Origin: Clostridia bacterium
Lineage (GTDB): Bacteria; Bacillota; Clostridia; Oscillospirales; CAG-272
Length of the DNA: 50,418 nt
NCBI GenBank assembly: GCA_017507905.1
Contig: JAFWAA010000051.1
Span: 1 to 50,418, forward strand
Direction of reading: 5' to 3'
Of this stretch, positions 17,185 to 26,943 are shown in pieces. Below the pieces are notes generated by a model. It saw only the letters and a list, made by a program, of their open reading frames with translations. It ran no database searches and had not been told where the DNA came from. The first letter of the stretch is position 1, and each line of letters starts with the position of its first letter. Position numbers and translations under genes: made by a program.

Positions 17185-18913
17185 CGGTCTCCTCCCTTCT
17201 GCCCCCCAGCTGGGACTCGGCGATCTCACGGTAGATCGGGCAGGAGTCAAGCAGCTGGCGGTGCGTGCCCACGCCAATGATCGCGCCCTTGTCCATGACG
17301 TATATGCGATCCGCACTCATGGCCGTGCTGATGCGCTGTGTGGCAACGATCCGACTCTTGCCCGAAAGCCGCGCGGCGTAGTTCTCCTTGATCTCCCTTT
17401 CGGTGAGAAAATCCAAGGCGCTGAAGCTATCGTCAAAAATATAGATCTCTGCAGGCTTGATCACGGTCCTTGCCATGTTCAGGCGTTGCCGCTGACCGCC
17501 GCTGACGTTTCGTCCGCTCCCGACCAGAAGGTAAGAAAGCCCCTCGGGGTGCGAGTCCACGAAGTCCGCCATCTTGGAAAGGCGAAGCGCCTCGTAGATC
17601 TCCCCGTCGTCGGCCTTGGGGTTGCCCATGCGGATATTCTCCCGAACCGTCCCCTCAAAGATCTGCGCCTTTTGCAAAGCGACCGAAAAATGCGACCGCA
17701 CGTCCGCACGCCGCATCTCGGCATAGGAGGCGCCGCCAATGCGGATCTCTCCCCCGCTCGGCTCAAACAGCCCCGCCAAAAGCTTGATCAGCGTGCTTTT
17801 GCCGCTTCCCGTTCCGCCGATCAAGGCTACGTGCTCGCCCTCGCGATCCGTGAAGGAGAGGTCCTCGATCACGCTTTTGGCGGCTCCCGGGTAGGAAAAG
17901 GAGAGATTGCGGACCTCAAGGGCAAAGCCCGAGGGCTTGGCGCCCTCCTCCTCGGGGATCCGTTCCTCGTTCGGACGGGAATGGATCTCGTTGAGTCGGC
18001 GGACCGACACCTTGACCTTTGGGAGCCAGGCCAGCGTCCAGGAAATGCTGATCAGCGCGTTGGAGAGGATCCCGATGTATTGCAGAATGGCAATAATGCC
18101 TCCCGTGCTGATCCCCGAGCCCATCTCGGCGCGCAGGCCGCCAAACCAGATCACCGCAACGGTGGCGAGGTTGAGCAAAAGCATGGCAAAGGGATCGACC
18201 ATGCCGCCGCGCGTGTTTGCCCGAATCATGTATTTTGCCATTTCCTCGGTCGCGCTCTTGGCTCTTGCGTGCTCCCGCTTCTCGTTATTGAAGGCGCGGA
18301 CGACGCGCAAACCGGAGAGCCGCTCCCGAACGATCTTGTTTTGCAGATCCACGTATTTGTCCGACTTGTCCCACATGGCGTACAGGGGACGCATCAGGAT
18401 CAGCACCAGAAGGAGGATCGGCGGAATGGAGAGCATAAAAACGGCGGCGAGGACGGCGTCCTCCAAGAAGGCAAGAACGACCGAGCCGATGAACATGATC
18501 GGCACGGTGAAGAGCGTGTACGGAAGGCTCGTGACCGTTCCCTCCACGTTCCAGATGTCGTCGGTGGCTCTGGTCAACAGCCACGACGGACCGATCGCCG
18601 TGTAATCCGTGTAGGAAAGCGCGTTGATCTTCTCAAAGGTCGCGCGGCACAGATCGGCGGAGTATCCCGCGGAGATGTCGGTATTCAGCTTTGCGGAAAG
18701 GATATTGGCCGCCACGGAGAGCAAAGCCAACGCCACCATGATCCCTGCGTATTTCCACACCAGGGAGAGATCCTGCCCCGAGATCCCCTTTTCCACGATC
18801 TCGCTCATCACGAAGGGCAGAAGAAGCGAGCAGATCATGCCGACGCCGTCGATCAGGGCCACGCCGACCAGCTTGCTTCGATACGGTTTTAATAATTGAA
18901 GTAGTGTTTTCAT
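17165..18913 (-). CDS. ABC exporter fused permease/ATPase, subunit 1 (degenerate site)
   Basis: GGTGSGKST, VSGGQRQ, non-canonical IFDDSFSALD and ATQRIST, typical of TM287/288-type heterodimers. Confidence 0.92.
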   Translation of the reverse strand: MKTLLQLLKPYRSKLVGVALIDGVGMICSLLLPFVMSEIVEKGISGQDLSLVWKYAGIMVALALLSVAANILSAKLNTDISAGYSADLCRATFEKINALSYTDYTAIGPSWLLTRATDDIWNVEGTVTSLPYTLFTVPIMFIGSVVLAFLEDAVLAAVFMLSIPPILLLVLILMRPLYAMWDKSDKYVDLQNKIVRERLSGLRVVRAFNNEKREHARAKSATEEMAKYMIRANTRGGMVDPFAMLLLNLATVAVIWFGGLRAEMGSGISTGGIIAILQYIGILSNALISISWTLAWLPKVKVSVRRLNEIHSRPNEERIPEEEGAKPSGFALEVRNLSFSYPGAAKSVIEDLSFTDREGEHVALIGGTGSGKSTLIKLLAGLFEPSGGEIRIGGASYAEMRRADVRSHFSVALQKAQIFEGTVRENIRMGNPKADDGEIYEALRLSKMADFVDSHPEGLSYLLVGSGRNVSGGQRQRLNMARTVIKPAEIYIFDDSFSALDFLTEREIKENYAARLSGKSRIVATQRISTAMSADRIYVMDKGAIIGVGTHRQLLDSCPIYREIAESQLGGRREETDETNKD

Positions 18914-18970
18914 GTGTTCTGTTTCAAATTGCTTTCGGTATGTGGGATGGTGAAGCCTCACGCTCGAGAG

Positions 18971-19006
18971 AAAAAGGAAAAAGCACCCGCGCGTCACCAC
19001 GGGTGC
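18971..19006 (-). terminator. Leader terminator (attenuator) upstream of the ABC exporter
   Basis: Minus strand GCACCCG-tggtgacgcg-CGGGTGC-TTTTTCCTTTTT, between the promoter and the first ABC gene. Confidence 0.75.
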
Positions 19007-19079
19007 ATGATCCAAAAAACAGAAAATGCCCCCTGGCGCATACTCGACGCGTCGGGAGCTGCCGGACGAAAAAGCCCGG

Positions 19080-19148
19080 TTATGCCTGTATTCCCTCGGA
19101 GGTGAGTACGTTGATGATAAAATTGCGGTTGATGCTGCGGTTGGTCAT
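19080..19148 (-). CDS. Putative 22-aa leader peptide MTNRSINRNFIINVLTSEGIQA
   Basis: Strong RBS AAAGGAGGAG before ATG at 19148; TAA at 19082-19080; lies just downstream of a consensus promoter. Confidence 0.7.
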   Translation of the reverse strand: MTNRSINRNFIINVLTSEGIQA

Positions 19149-19187
19149 GGTATTCTCCTCCTTTCCTTAAAATTTTTTTACAACGGT

Positions 19188-19216
19188 ATTCTATCACGCT
19201 CCGAGCGATTTGTCAA
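19188..19216 (-). promoter_or_regulatory. sigmaA promoter of the leader/ABC operon
   Basis: TTGACA, 17 nt, TAGAAT with TG extension. Confidence 0.75.
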
Positions 19217-19302
19217 GAGAAAAGCGAAATTTATTTTTTTCGCTTTTCTCCAAGCCTCGCGCACCGTCCGAAAGCGCTCTCCTTGCGCTCGTCCGCGTAC
19301 CG

Positions 19303-20184
19303 TCAGGCGCGCATCCGCGCGCGGAAAAGACGGGGCGGCGTGCCGTAGCATTTGCGGAAGCGCTCGATAAAATAGCTCGCCGATCCAAAGCCGATGCGAT
19401 AGGCGATCTCGGTGATCACCATGTCCGTCATCAAAAGCAGCCGCTCGGCCTCGCGCAGACGCACCGACTCCAGATACGCCGTGTAGGAGATGCCAAAGGC
19501 CTTTTTGAAGGCGTGGCTGAAATAATTGTAGGAGAGTCCGCAGGCCGCCGCGGCCTCGCGCGTGCTCCAATCCTCCAGGTGCGCGGGCGTCTCCTCCAGC
19601 GCGATGCTCAACGCGCTTTGCAGGTCGGGCGACAGCGAGGCCGATCCCTCCAGCTCCGCTCCGCAATGCCGCAGGATCCAGACGAAGATCTGCATCACGT
19701 TGGCGTGCGCGATCATCTCGTAGCCCGCAGATCGGCCCTCCCATTCCCTTTGGATCTCGCGGATCCATTCGTCCACGCGGCTGTCGGCAAGCTCGGCACG
19801 GCGGATCGCAGGACGGAATTTGACCTGCTTTTGCCACAGGGGGATCAGATAACGGATCACCGAAAGGCTCTGCCCCTGCCCGTACAAAAGCTTTGGTAAA
19901 AATTTGATAACGTAATAGGAGGTCTCCCCTCTCTCGCAGGAAACGTCGTGGATCTCCCCCGAATAGGCCACGAGAAGATCGCCCTCGGCCATGGTGTAGA
20001 CCCGATCTCCAATGAGGACCTTGGCCTCTCCTCCCATTCCGTAAAGCAATTCAATATATTCGTGATAGTGCGGATCCGAGAAGCGGGCGTGGCGTGAGGA
20101 GGAATTGCGGATATGCCGCATCAGGCAATCCATCGCCCTCTCCTGCCCTTCGCGCGTGTACAGCTGCTCTTGCTTGGCCTCCAT
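19303..20184 (-). CDS. AraC family transcriptional regulator (cupin plus HTH)
   Basis: PHYHEYIEL cupin; C-terminal ITEIAYRIGFGSASYFIERFRKCYGTPP; GGAGG RBS before ATG at 20184. Confidence 0.92.
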   Translation of the reverse strand: MEAKQEQLYTREGQERAMDCLMRHIRNSSSRHARFSDPHYHEYIELLYGMGGEAKVLIGDRVYTMAEGDLLVAYSGEIHDVSCERGETSYYVIKFLPKLLYGQGQSLSVIRYLIPLWQKQVKFRPAIRRAELADSRVDEWIREIQREWEGRSAGYEMIAHANVMQIFVWILRHCGAELEGSASLSPDLQSALSIALEETPAHLEDWSTREAAAACGLSYNYFSHAFKKAFGISYTAYLESVRLREAERLLLMTDMVITEIAYRIGFGSASYFIERFRKCYGTPPRLFRARMRA

Positions 20185-20197
20185 TTTTCCCTCCATC

Positions 20198-20259
20198 GTA
20201 AATATTTGATATTTTCGTGTAAAAATATGATATCACATTCCAATGGAATATGCTATACT
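20198..20259 (+). promoter_or_regulatory. Activator-dependent promoter with 21-bp-spaced direct repeats
   Basis: GTAAATATTTGATAT and GTAAAAATATGATAT, followed by TG-C-TATACT with a poor -35. Confidence 0.55.
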
Positions 20260-20296
20260 CAAATTGTAAATTTTTTGATTGAAGGAGGGACCCAAA

Positions 20297-21079
20297 GTGA
20301 GACTTGGAAGGATCCAGAATGATTTCTCTGCCGCAGGCTTTGACCTGGTCAAGGCGCAGGGGCTGGAATTTATCGAATTCTGCTGCAACAACGACGAGCA
20401 ATCGCACAGGCTGATCGACGCCAAGGAGAGCATCAAGAAGGAGATCGCACGCACGGGAATTGACGTATCCTCCGTTGGCCGCTGGAACAACAACATTCAG
20501 GAAAACGGCGTGATCGTTCCCGAACGCTTATCCCTTTATCTTGAGCTGATGGAGACTGCGATCGAGCTTGGCGCAAAGGTCTTCGTGGTGGGCTGCAACC
20601 GCGACAAGAGCATCAGCCTCTACCGCAACTACGAAAACGCCGTCTCCTTCTTCCGCACGCTGATCGAGCGCGCCGACGGACGCATCAAGGTGGCGGTCGA
20701 GCATTGCGACTGGAACAACTTTATCACCTCCCCAAAGCAGTGGGAGATCGTGCTTGACGAGCTCCCCGAGCTCTACCTCAAATACGACGCCTCGGCACAC
20801 TGCTACCGCGGTGAGGATTACCTCGCCCCCCTCTCGGATTGGGCTCACCGCGTGGCCCACGTGCACATCAAGGGCGTGGTTCGCGCAGGCAAGAACGCCG
20901 TGGACGATCCGCCCGCAGGCATGGACGACATCAACTGGCCCGCGATCTTTGCCATTCTGTATAGCAGAGGCTACAACGGCGACCTGAGCATCGAGCCCCA
21001 CTCCAAGACCTGGAGCGGCGAGCTGGGCAACGCAGGCATACTCTTTACCCGCGATTACATTCGCAAATTTATGCTGTAA
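20297..21079 (+). CDS. Sugar phosphate isomerase/epimerase (xylose-isomerase-like TIM barrel)
   Basis: AAGGAGG RBS with GTG start; metal-ligand motifs AVEH, YDASAH, HVHIKG and SIEPH. Confidence 0.88.
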   Translation: MRLGRIQNDFSAAGFDLVKAQGLEFIEFCCNNDEQSHRLIDAKESIKKEIARTGIDVSSVGRWNNNIQENGVIVPERLSLYLELMETAIELGAKVFVVGCNRDKSISLYRNYENAVSFFRTLIERADGRIKVAVEHCDWNNFITSPKQWEIVLDELPELYLKYDASAHCYRGEDYLAPLSDWAHRVAHVHIKGVVRAGKNAVDDPPAGMDDINWPAIFAILYSRGYNGDLSIEPHSKTWSGELGNAGILFTRDYIRKFML

Positions 21080-21111
21080 AAAATAAATCACTCTTACGGA
21101 GGAATCAAATC

Positions 21112-22203
21112 ATGGAACAGAAGAAAACACGCGTAGGCATTATCGGCTGCGGAGGCATCGCCAACGGCAAGCATATGCTCTCTCTGCAGAAGGTGAAGGA
21201 GTGCGAGATGGTCGCATTCTGCGACATCGTCATCAAAAGGGCGCAGGCTGCGGCCGAGAAGTTCGGCACGCCTGACGCAAAGGTTTACGAGGACTATCAC
21301 GAGCTGCTCAAGGACGAGAGCATCGACGTCGTTCACGTCTGCACGCCCAACCGCTCCCACAGCTTCATCACCGTAGATGCGCTGGAGGCAGGCAAGCACG
21401 TTCTGTGCGAGAAGCCCATGGCCATCAACTCCACCGAGGCAAAGAAGATGCTGGACGCCGCCAACCGCACCGGCAAGCTCCTCTCCATCGGCTACCAGAA
21501 CCGCTTCCGCTCGGATTCGGTCTACCTCAAGCAGGAGGCAGAGGACGGCACCTTCGGTGACATCTACTACGCCAAGGCAACCGCACTTCGCCGTCGCGGC
21601 GTTCCCACCTGGGGCGTCTTCCTCAACCAGGAGGAGCAGGGCGGCGGTCCGCTGATCGACATTGGAACGCACGCGCTTGACCTGACCCTCTGGATCATGA
21701 ACAACTACAAGCCCAAGTACTGCGTGGGCAGTGTTTACCACATGCTGAACAACGACAGAAACGTGGGCAACCCTTGGGGCGACTGGGATCCCGAGAAGTT
21801 CACGGTTGAGGACAGTGCCTTTGGCTTTGTGGTCATGGAGAACGGCGCGACCATCGTGCTGGAGTCTGCATGGGCCCTCAACACGCTGGACGTTCGCGAG
21901 GCCGTTACCTCGGTCTGCGGAACCAAGGCAGGCGCGGATATGATGGACGGACTGCGCATCAACGGCGTACGTCACGGCCGCCAGTACACCATGTCCCCCA
22001 ACTTCAAGGCGGGCGGAGTAGCCTTCAACGCCGGCAGACGCGGCGAGACTGACGCCGATGCCGAGATCCGCCTGTGGATCGAGGCCTGCCGCGGCGGTGC
22101 CGCTCCCATCACCAAGCCCGAGCAGGCATACTGCGTAACGCGTATCCTCGAGGGCATCTACGAGTCCGCCAAGACGGGCAAGCCCTACTACTTCAACGAT
22201 TGA
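21112..22203 (+). CDS. Gfo/Idh/MocA family oxidoreductase
   Basis: GIIGCGGIA, AGKHVLCEKP, GGGPLIDIGTHALD. Confidence 0.93.
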   Translation: MEQKKTRVGIIGCGGIANGKHMLSLQKVKECEMVAFCDIVIKRAQAAAEKFGTPDAKVYEDYHELLKDESIDVVHVCTPNRSHSFITVDALEAGKHVLCEKPMAINSTEAKKMLDAANRTGKLLSIGYQNRFRSDSVYLKQEAEDGTFGDIYYAKATALRRRGVPTWGVFLNQEEQGGGPLIDIGTHALDLTLWIMNNYKPKYCVGSVYHMLNNDRNVGNPWGDWDPEKFTVEDSAFGFVVMENGATIVLESAWALNTLDVREAVTSVCGTKAGADMMDGLRINGVRHGRQYTMSPNFKAGGVAFNAGRRGETDADAEIRLWIEACRGGAAPITKPEQAYCVTRILEGIYESAKTGKPYYFND

Positions 22204-22217
22204 AGCAAATAAAAAAC

Positions 22218-22260
22218 GGGATCTGCTTGAGGGTACACCCCTTTAGCAGATCCCTTTTTT
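22218..22260 (+). terminator. Intrinsic terminator
   Basis: GGGATCTGCT...AGCAGATCCC-TTTTTT. Confidence 0.7.
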
Positions 22261-22353
22261 CTTGCTCGAAAAAGCGGCAAGGGGCTTGCTTTTCCCTTCC
22301 CTCTGTGCTATAATAAGGGCGACCTCAACCAAACGACAAGGAGGAACGTTTTG

Positions 22354-24096
22354 ATGAACAGCATTCCAAGAGCGGAGCATCCGCGTCCCGACCGCGAGCG
22401 CGCCGAATGGCTCTCGCTCAACGGCACCTGGGAGTTTGAGATTGACAACGCGCGCGTGGGCGTGGAAAAGCGCTTCTTTGAGCGCACCTCGCTGGAGGGG
22501 AGCATTCTCGTCCCCTTCTGTCCCGAGAGCCGCCTCTCCGGAGTCGCGCACACGGATTTTATGAACACCGTCTGGTACCGTCGGGACATCGAGATCCCGC
22601 CGTCCTTTGCGGGCAAGCGCGTGCTTTTGCACGTCGATGCCTGCGATTACCATACCGCCGTCTACGTCAACGGCCGACACGTCGGCTCGCACGACGGCGG
22701 ATACACCCCCTTTGCCTTTGATATCACCGACGCGCTGCACGACGGGAAAAACTCCCTCACCGTCCGCGCCGACGACGATCTCCGCTCGGAAAAGCAGCTC
22801 TCGGGCAAGCAGAGCAGCCGCCTCGCCTCCTACGGCTGCTACTACACGCGCACCACGGGCATCTGGCAGTCGGTCTGGCTGGAGGCCGTGGAGGAGGCGC
22901 ACGTCCTCTCCTACCGCGCCTACCCCAACGTCACCGATCCGTCGGTCGGCCTGCTGGTCTCCATGAGCCAAGCCTCGCTCGGCGCAACGCTCACCGTCAA
23001 GGCCTACTACGAGGGACGCCTGATGGGCAAGGCCTCGATCAGAGTGGACTCCCTGCAAGCCTCTCTCTCGCTTCCCCTTGCGGAAAAGCACCTCTGGGAA
23101 TGCGGCAAGGGACGCCTCTACGATCTCGTCTTCACCACCGAGCAAAACGGCCGCACCGATCTGCTCAAGGGCTATTTCGGTCTGCGCGAGGTCGCCCTGA
23201 CAAAGGAAAAGGGACTGACGATCAACGGCAAAACGGTGTTCGGCCGCTTCGTCCTCGACCAGGGCTTCTACCCAGAGGGGATCTACACCGCCCCCTCGGA
23301 CGAGGCACTCCTCTTTGATATTGAGGCCTCCATGGCCTGCGGCTTTAACGGTGCAAGACTGCACCAGAAGGTCTTTGAGCCCCGCTTCCTCTACCACGCC
23401 GACCGCCTGGGATACCTGGTCTGGGCCGAGACGGGAAACTGGGGCTTGGATCACACACAGGAGAGCTCCCTCTATTCCTTCCTCCCCGAGTGGCTTGAGG
23501 AGATCGAGCGCGATTTTTCGCATCCCTCGGTCATCGGCTGGTGCCCCTTTAACGAGACCTGGGACAAGCACGGCCGCCGTCAGTGCAATGCCTTCCTTGA
23601 CACGGTCTACGACGTCACGCGGACGATCGATCGGACGCGTCCCGTGATCACCACCAGCGGCTCCTATCCCACCCGACGTACCGACGTGCATGACGTGCAC
23701 GATTACGAGCAGGATCCCGAAAAGCTCCGCTCCTATTTCGCCGATCTGAAAGACGGCGTTTGCCACGATCAGCTCTGGCGGCGCGACTCGCACCGACAGG
23801 TCTTTAATCCCCGCCTGCCCGTATTCGTCAGCGAGTACGGCGGCATCGCGTGGAAGAAGGAGGACGGCGCCTGGGGATATGGCAAGAGCGCGACGAGCGA
23901 GGAGGAATTCTTTGCCCGTCTTGAGGGTCTGACCGACGCTCTTTTGGAAAACCCCTACATCTTCGCCTTCTGCTACACCCAGCTGACCGACGTGGAGCAG
24001 GAGCAAAACGGACTGTTGACCTACCAAAGAGAATACAAGTTTGCCCCCGAACGCTATCACCGCATCTTCTCCAAGGCGGCGGCGATCGAGAAATAA
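22354..24096 (+). CDS. Glycoside hydrolase family 2 (beta-galactosidase/beta-glucuronidase-like)
   Basis: SLNGTWEF, H..GYTPF, TGIWQSVWLE, RLHQK, WCPFNETW (acid/base), SEYGG (nucleophile), TDVEQEQNGL. Confidence 0.92.
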   Translation: MNSIPRAEHPRPDRERAEWLSLNGTWEFEIDNARVGVEKRFFERTSLEGSILVPFCPESRLSGVAHTDFMNTVWYRRDIEIPPSFAGKRVLLHVDACDYHTAVYVNGRHVGSHDGGYTPFAFDITDALHDGKNSLTVRADDDLRSEKQLSGKQSSRLASYGCYYTRTTGIWQSVWLEAVEEAHVLSYRAYPNVTDPSVGLLVSMSQASLGATLTVKAYYEGRLMGKASIRVDSLQASLSLPLAEKHLWECGKGRLYDLVFTTEQNGRTDLLKGYFGLREVALTKEKGLTINGKTVFGRFVLDQGFYPEGIYTAPSDEALLFDIEASMACGFNGARLHQKVFEPRFLYHADRLGYLVWAETGNWGLDHTQESSLYSFLPEWLEEIERDFSHPSVIGWCPFNETWDKHGRRQCNAFLDTVYDVTRTIDRTRPVITTSGSYPTRRTDVHDVHDYEQDPEKLRSYFADLKDGVCHDQLWRRDSHRQVFNPRLPVFVSEYGGIAWKKEDGAWGYGKSATSEEEFFARLEGLTDALLENPYIFAFCYTQLTDVEQEQNGLLTYQREYKFAPERYHRIFSKAAAIEK

Positions 24097-24120
24097 GCCA
24101 AATACGAAAGGACACCTTTC

Positions 24121-25410
24121 ATGAAAAAGATCAGCTTTATCGTCATCGGCGCGGGCAACCGCGGAGCAAAGTATTCCCGCTACGCCATCTCCAATCCCGA
24201 CAAGATGGAGATCGTGGGCGTGGCAGAGCCTGTCAAGGCGCGCCGCGAGTCCATGCGCGATCAGTTCCACATTCCCGAGGAGAACTGCTTCTCGGATTGG
24301 AGCGAGATCCTCTCCCGTCCCAAGATGGCCGACGCCGCGATCATCTCCACGCAGGATCAGATGCACTACGAGCCCGCCATGAGGGCGATCGAGCTTGGCT
24401 ACCATCTGCTCCTGGAAAAGCCCATGTCCCACCGCCCCGAGGAGTGCGTTGCCATCGCCAAGGCGGCCGCCGAAAAGGGCGTATACGTCATCGTCGGTCA
24501 CGTGCTGCGCTACGCCCCCTTCTTCACCGCACTGCGCAACGTCATTGCGAGCGGACGCATCGGCAAGGTGGTCAACATTGATCACGTCGAGGGCGTTGGC
24601 GACATTCATTACAGCCACAGCTACGTCCGCGGCAGCTGGCACCGCGAGGAGGACAGCGCCCCCATGCTTCTGGCCAAGTCCTGCCACGATTTTGACCTGC
24701 TGCAATGGCTGGTCGATAAGGATTTTACGCGCGTGCAGTCCTTCGGCTCGCAAACGCATTTCCGCAAGGAGAACAAGCCCGAGGGCGCACCCAAGCGATG
24801 CATCGAGGGCTGCCCATACGGCGAGACCTGCATCTATAACGCCGTCAAGCGCTATTACGACGACAAGCAGAACGCCTGGTTCCGCAACGCGGCGGCCATG
24901 GCGGCGCAGTTTGACAACATCGCCACCGACGAGGAGATCGAGCGCGCTCTGCGCGAGACGCCCTACGGCTACTGCGTCTACGACAGCGACAACACCGTGG
25001 TGGATCACCAGACGGTCAATATGGAGTTTGAGGGAGGCGTGCTTGCCACCTTCACCATGAGCCCCTTCAACCGCGGCGGCCGCAAGATCCACGTCATGGG
25101 CACCGAGGGCGAGGTCTACGGTGACGCAGGTGTGGGAGATCTGACCATCTTTACCTACCAAAACCGCAAGACCGTGGTGGAGAAAAGCTCGGATATCGTG
25201 CAGGACGAGACCATTCTCGGCGGACACGGCGGCGGAGATTCCCGTCTGATCAAGGCACTCTGCGAGCTGATCGCCACGGGAAAGACGAGCGTTTCCTACT
25301 GCTCGGCCATGACCTCGGCGCGCAACCATCTGGCCGTCTTTGCAGCCGAGGAGGCACGCCACACGGGCACCGTGGTGGACGTTGCCGAATACGAAAAGCG
25401 CTTCCTCTGA
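24121..25410 (+). CDS. Gfo/Idh/MocA family oxidoreductase
   Basis: VIGAGNRG, LLEKP, HSYVRGSW, LLAKSCHDFD, HGGGD. Confidence 0.93.
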   Translation: MKKISFIVIGAGNRGAKYSRYAISNPDKMEIVGVAEPVKARRESMRDQFHIPEENCFSDWSEILSRPKMADAAIISTQDQMHYEPAMRAIELGYHLLLEKPMSHRPEECVAIAKAAAEKGVYVIVGHVLRYAPFFTALRNVIASGRIGKVVNIDHVEGVGDIHYSHSYVRGSWHREEDSAPMLLAKSCHDFDLLQWLVDKDFTRVQSFGSQTHFRKENKPEGAPKRCIEGCPYGETCIYNAVKRYYDDKQNAWFRNAAAMAAQFDNIATDEEIERALRETPYGYCVYDSDNTVVDHQTVNMEFEGGVLATFTMSPFNRGGRKIHVMGTEGEVYGDAGVGDLTIFTYQNRKTVVEKSSDIVQDETILGGHGGGDSRLIKALCELIATGKTSVSYCSAMTSARNHLAVFAAEEARHTGTVVDVAEYEKRFL

Positions 25411-25459
25411 TCGCGCAGAAAAGCCCAACCCCGCGAAAGCCGCGTGGCTTCGCTATTCA

Positions 25460-25503
25460 AAAAAGACCGTCCCGAATGCGTATGCAAAAGGGACGGTCTT
25501 TTT
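25460..25503 (+). terminator. Intrinsic terminator
   Basis: AAAAAGACCGTCCC...GGGACGGTCTTTTT. Confidence 0.7.
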
Positions 25504-25598
25504 CGTATACCGTTTTCCCGCAAAGAACTTGCATAATTTCCTCTTTTGTGCTATACTGTATACGTCCGAACCAACCGCTTACCCCAAGGAGGAAAACC

Positions 25599-26909
25599 AT
25601 GAAAAGATTGATCTGTATGCTCGTTTTGCTCGGCCTCTCCCTGCTTACTCTTGCAGGCTGTCAACGTCCAAGCGATCCCTATCAGGAGGCCATGGCGCTT
25701 CTGGAGCAGGGCAAGATTGAGGAGGCCTATGAGCTCCTGCTCTCGATCGGTGACCGCGAGGACGGCAAAAAGGAGCTGGCGCATTTTTATACCGTACCCG
25801 TAAAGAGCAACAGCACGTACACCGCTCCATCGGTAGAGCTGACGCAGGAATACGCCTACACCTACAATGAGAAGAATCTCCCCGTACAGATCCTTACCAA
25901 TGGAACCCTGAGCGGGACGCAAAGCACAACCTACACCTACGATGAAAAGGGCAACCTGATCAAAGAGGTTGACGTATACGTTAACCAATCCTCGCAGATC
26001 AACGAATACGTCTACGACGCCGAGGGGCGGATCCTCAAGAAAATCCGAATCGACACAAATGGCCAGCAGTACACCGACGAATACACCTACGATAGCACGG
26101 GAAAGCTGACCGCGCTGCTGCAAACGGCCCCCTCGGGCAAAGCAACGGCGCATACCTACACCTATGATGCCGACGGAAACCGCGTAGGCGAAACCGTCGT
26201 CCACCCCGACCGATTCAGATCCTTTTACACCTATGCGGCCGACGGTGAGCTGATCCTGCGCGTCAAGGTGAGCGGCGACGGCCAGGAATGGGCGCGCTAT
26301 GAGCTTACCTATGACGAGAATGGCCGCCTGCTCCGCAAGGTGGACCGTATGCAAGGCTCCTACGAGAAGGCCGAGGACTACTCCTACGACGAGAACGGCA
26401 ATCTCGTCCAAATGCTTCAAAATGACGGACACACCACCCAAACCTACACCTATACCTATGACGAGCGCGGCAACCGCCTCACCGAGACCCACGTTGCACC
26501 GGGCGGTGTGGTGCGCTCGGTGATTGAGCACACCTACGATACCAACGACCGTCTGATCCAAACGAAAAAAGGAGACACCGTTACCACCTACGCCTACGAC
26601 GAAGAAGGACACCTGACGCGCAAGGAGGAGGTCTTGCCGGGCGGAAAGAAAAACGTTTTTGCCTACACCTACAACGAAAGAGGCAGGCTGATCGAAAGCT
26701 TGATCACACGGGTGCTTTCCTCCGGCAAGGAGCGCAACTACCGATACGTTTATGACGCCTACGGAAATCCGGTCCACTCTGTCGAGCCCAACCTGGACGG
26801 CAGCACGTCGGAGGTCACGTCCGAATACAAGCTCGTTTACCTTCCCTTCCCCCTCTCCGAGCAGATTCTGGAGCTGGGGCTGATCCAACCGATCCCCTCG
26901 GCAGAATAA
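25599..26909 (+). CDS. YD-repeat (Rhs-like) lipoprotein 1
   Basis: AAGGAGG RBS; lipobox LAG-C; short TPR-like helix pair; about 13 Y.YD..G.L repeats. Confidence 0.88.
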   Translation: MKRLICMLVLLGLSLLTLAGCQRPSDPYQEAMALLEQGKIEEAYELLLSIGDREDGKKELAHFYTVPVKSNSTYTAPSVELTQEYAYTYNEKNLPVQILTNGTLSGTQSTTYTYDEKGNLIKEVDVYVNQSSQINEYVYDAEGRILKKIRIDTNGQQYTDEYTYDSTGKLTALLQTAPSGKATAHTYTYDADGNRVGETVVHPDRFRSFYTYAADGELILRVKVSGDGQEWARYELTYDENGRLLRKVDRMQGSYEKAEDYSYDENGNLVQMLQNDGHTTQTYTYTYDERGNRLTETHVAPGGVVRSVIEHTYDTNDRLIQTKKGDTVTTYAYDEEGHLTRKEEVLPGGKKNVFAYTYNERGRLIESLITRVLSSGKERNYRYVYDAYGNPVHSVEPNLDGSTSEVTSEYKLVYLPFPLSEQILELGLIQPIPSAE

Positions 26910-26943
26910 TCCACCGAAAGGCCAACCAAAAGGAGGAAAACCC

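Noticed and set aside
22243-25428. 1061-aa minus-strand ORF, and similar ones at 28246-30654, 32859-35183, 35667-38258 and 47350-49002
   Set aside because: Shadow frames opposite well-supported genes.
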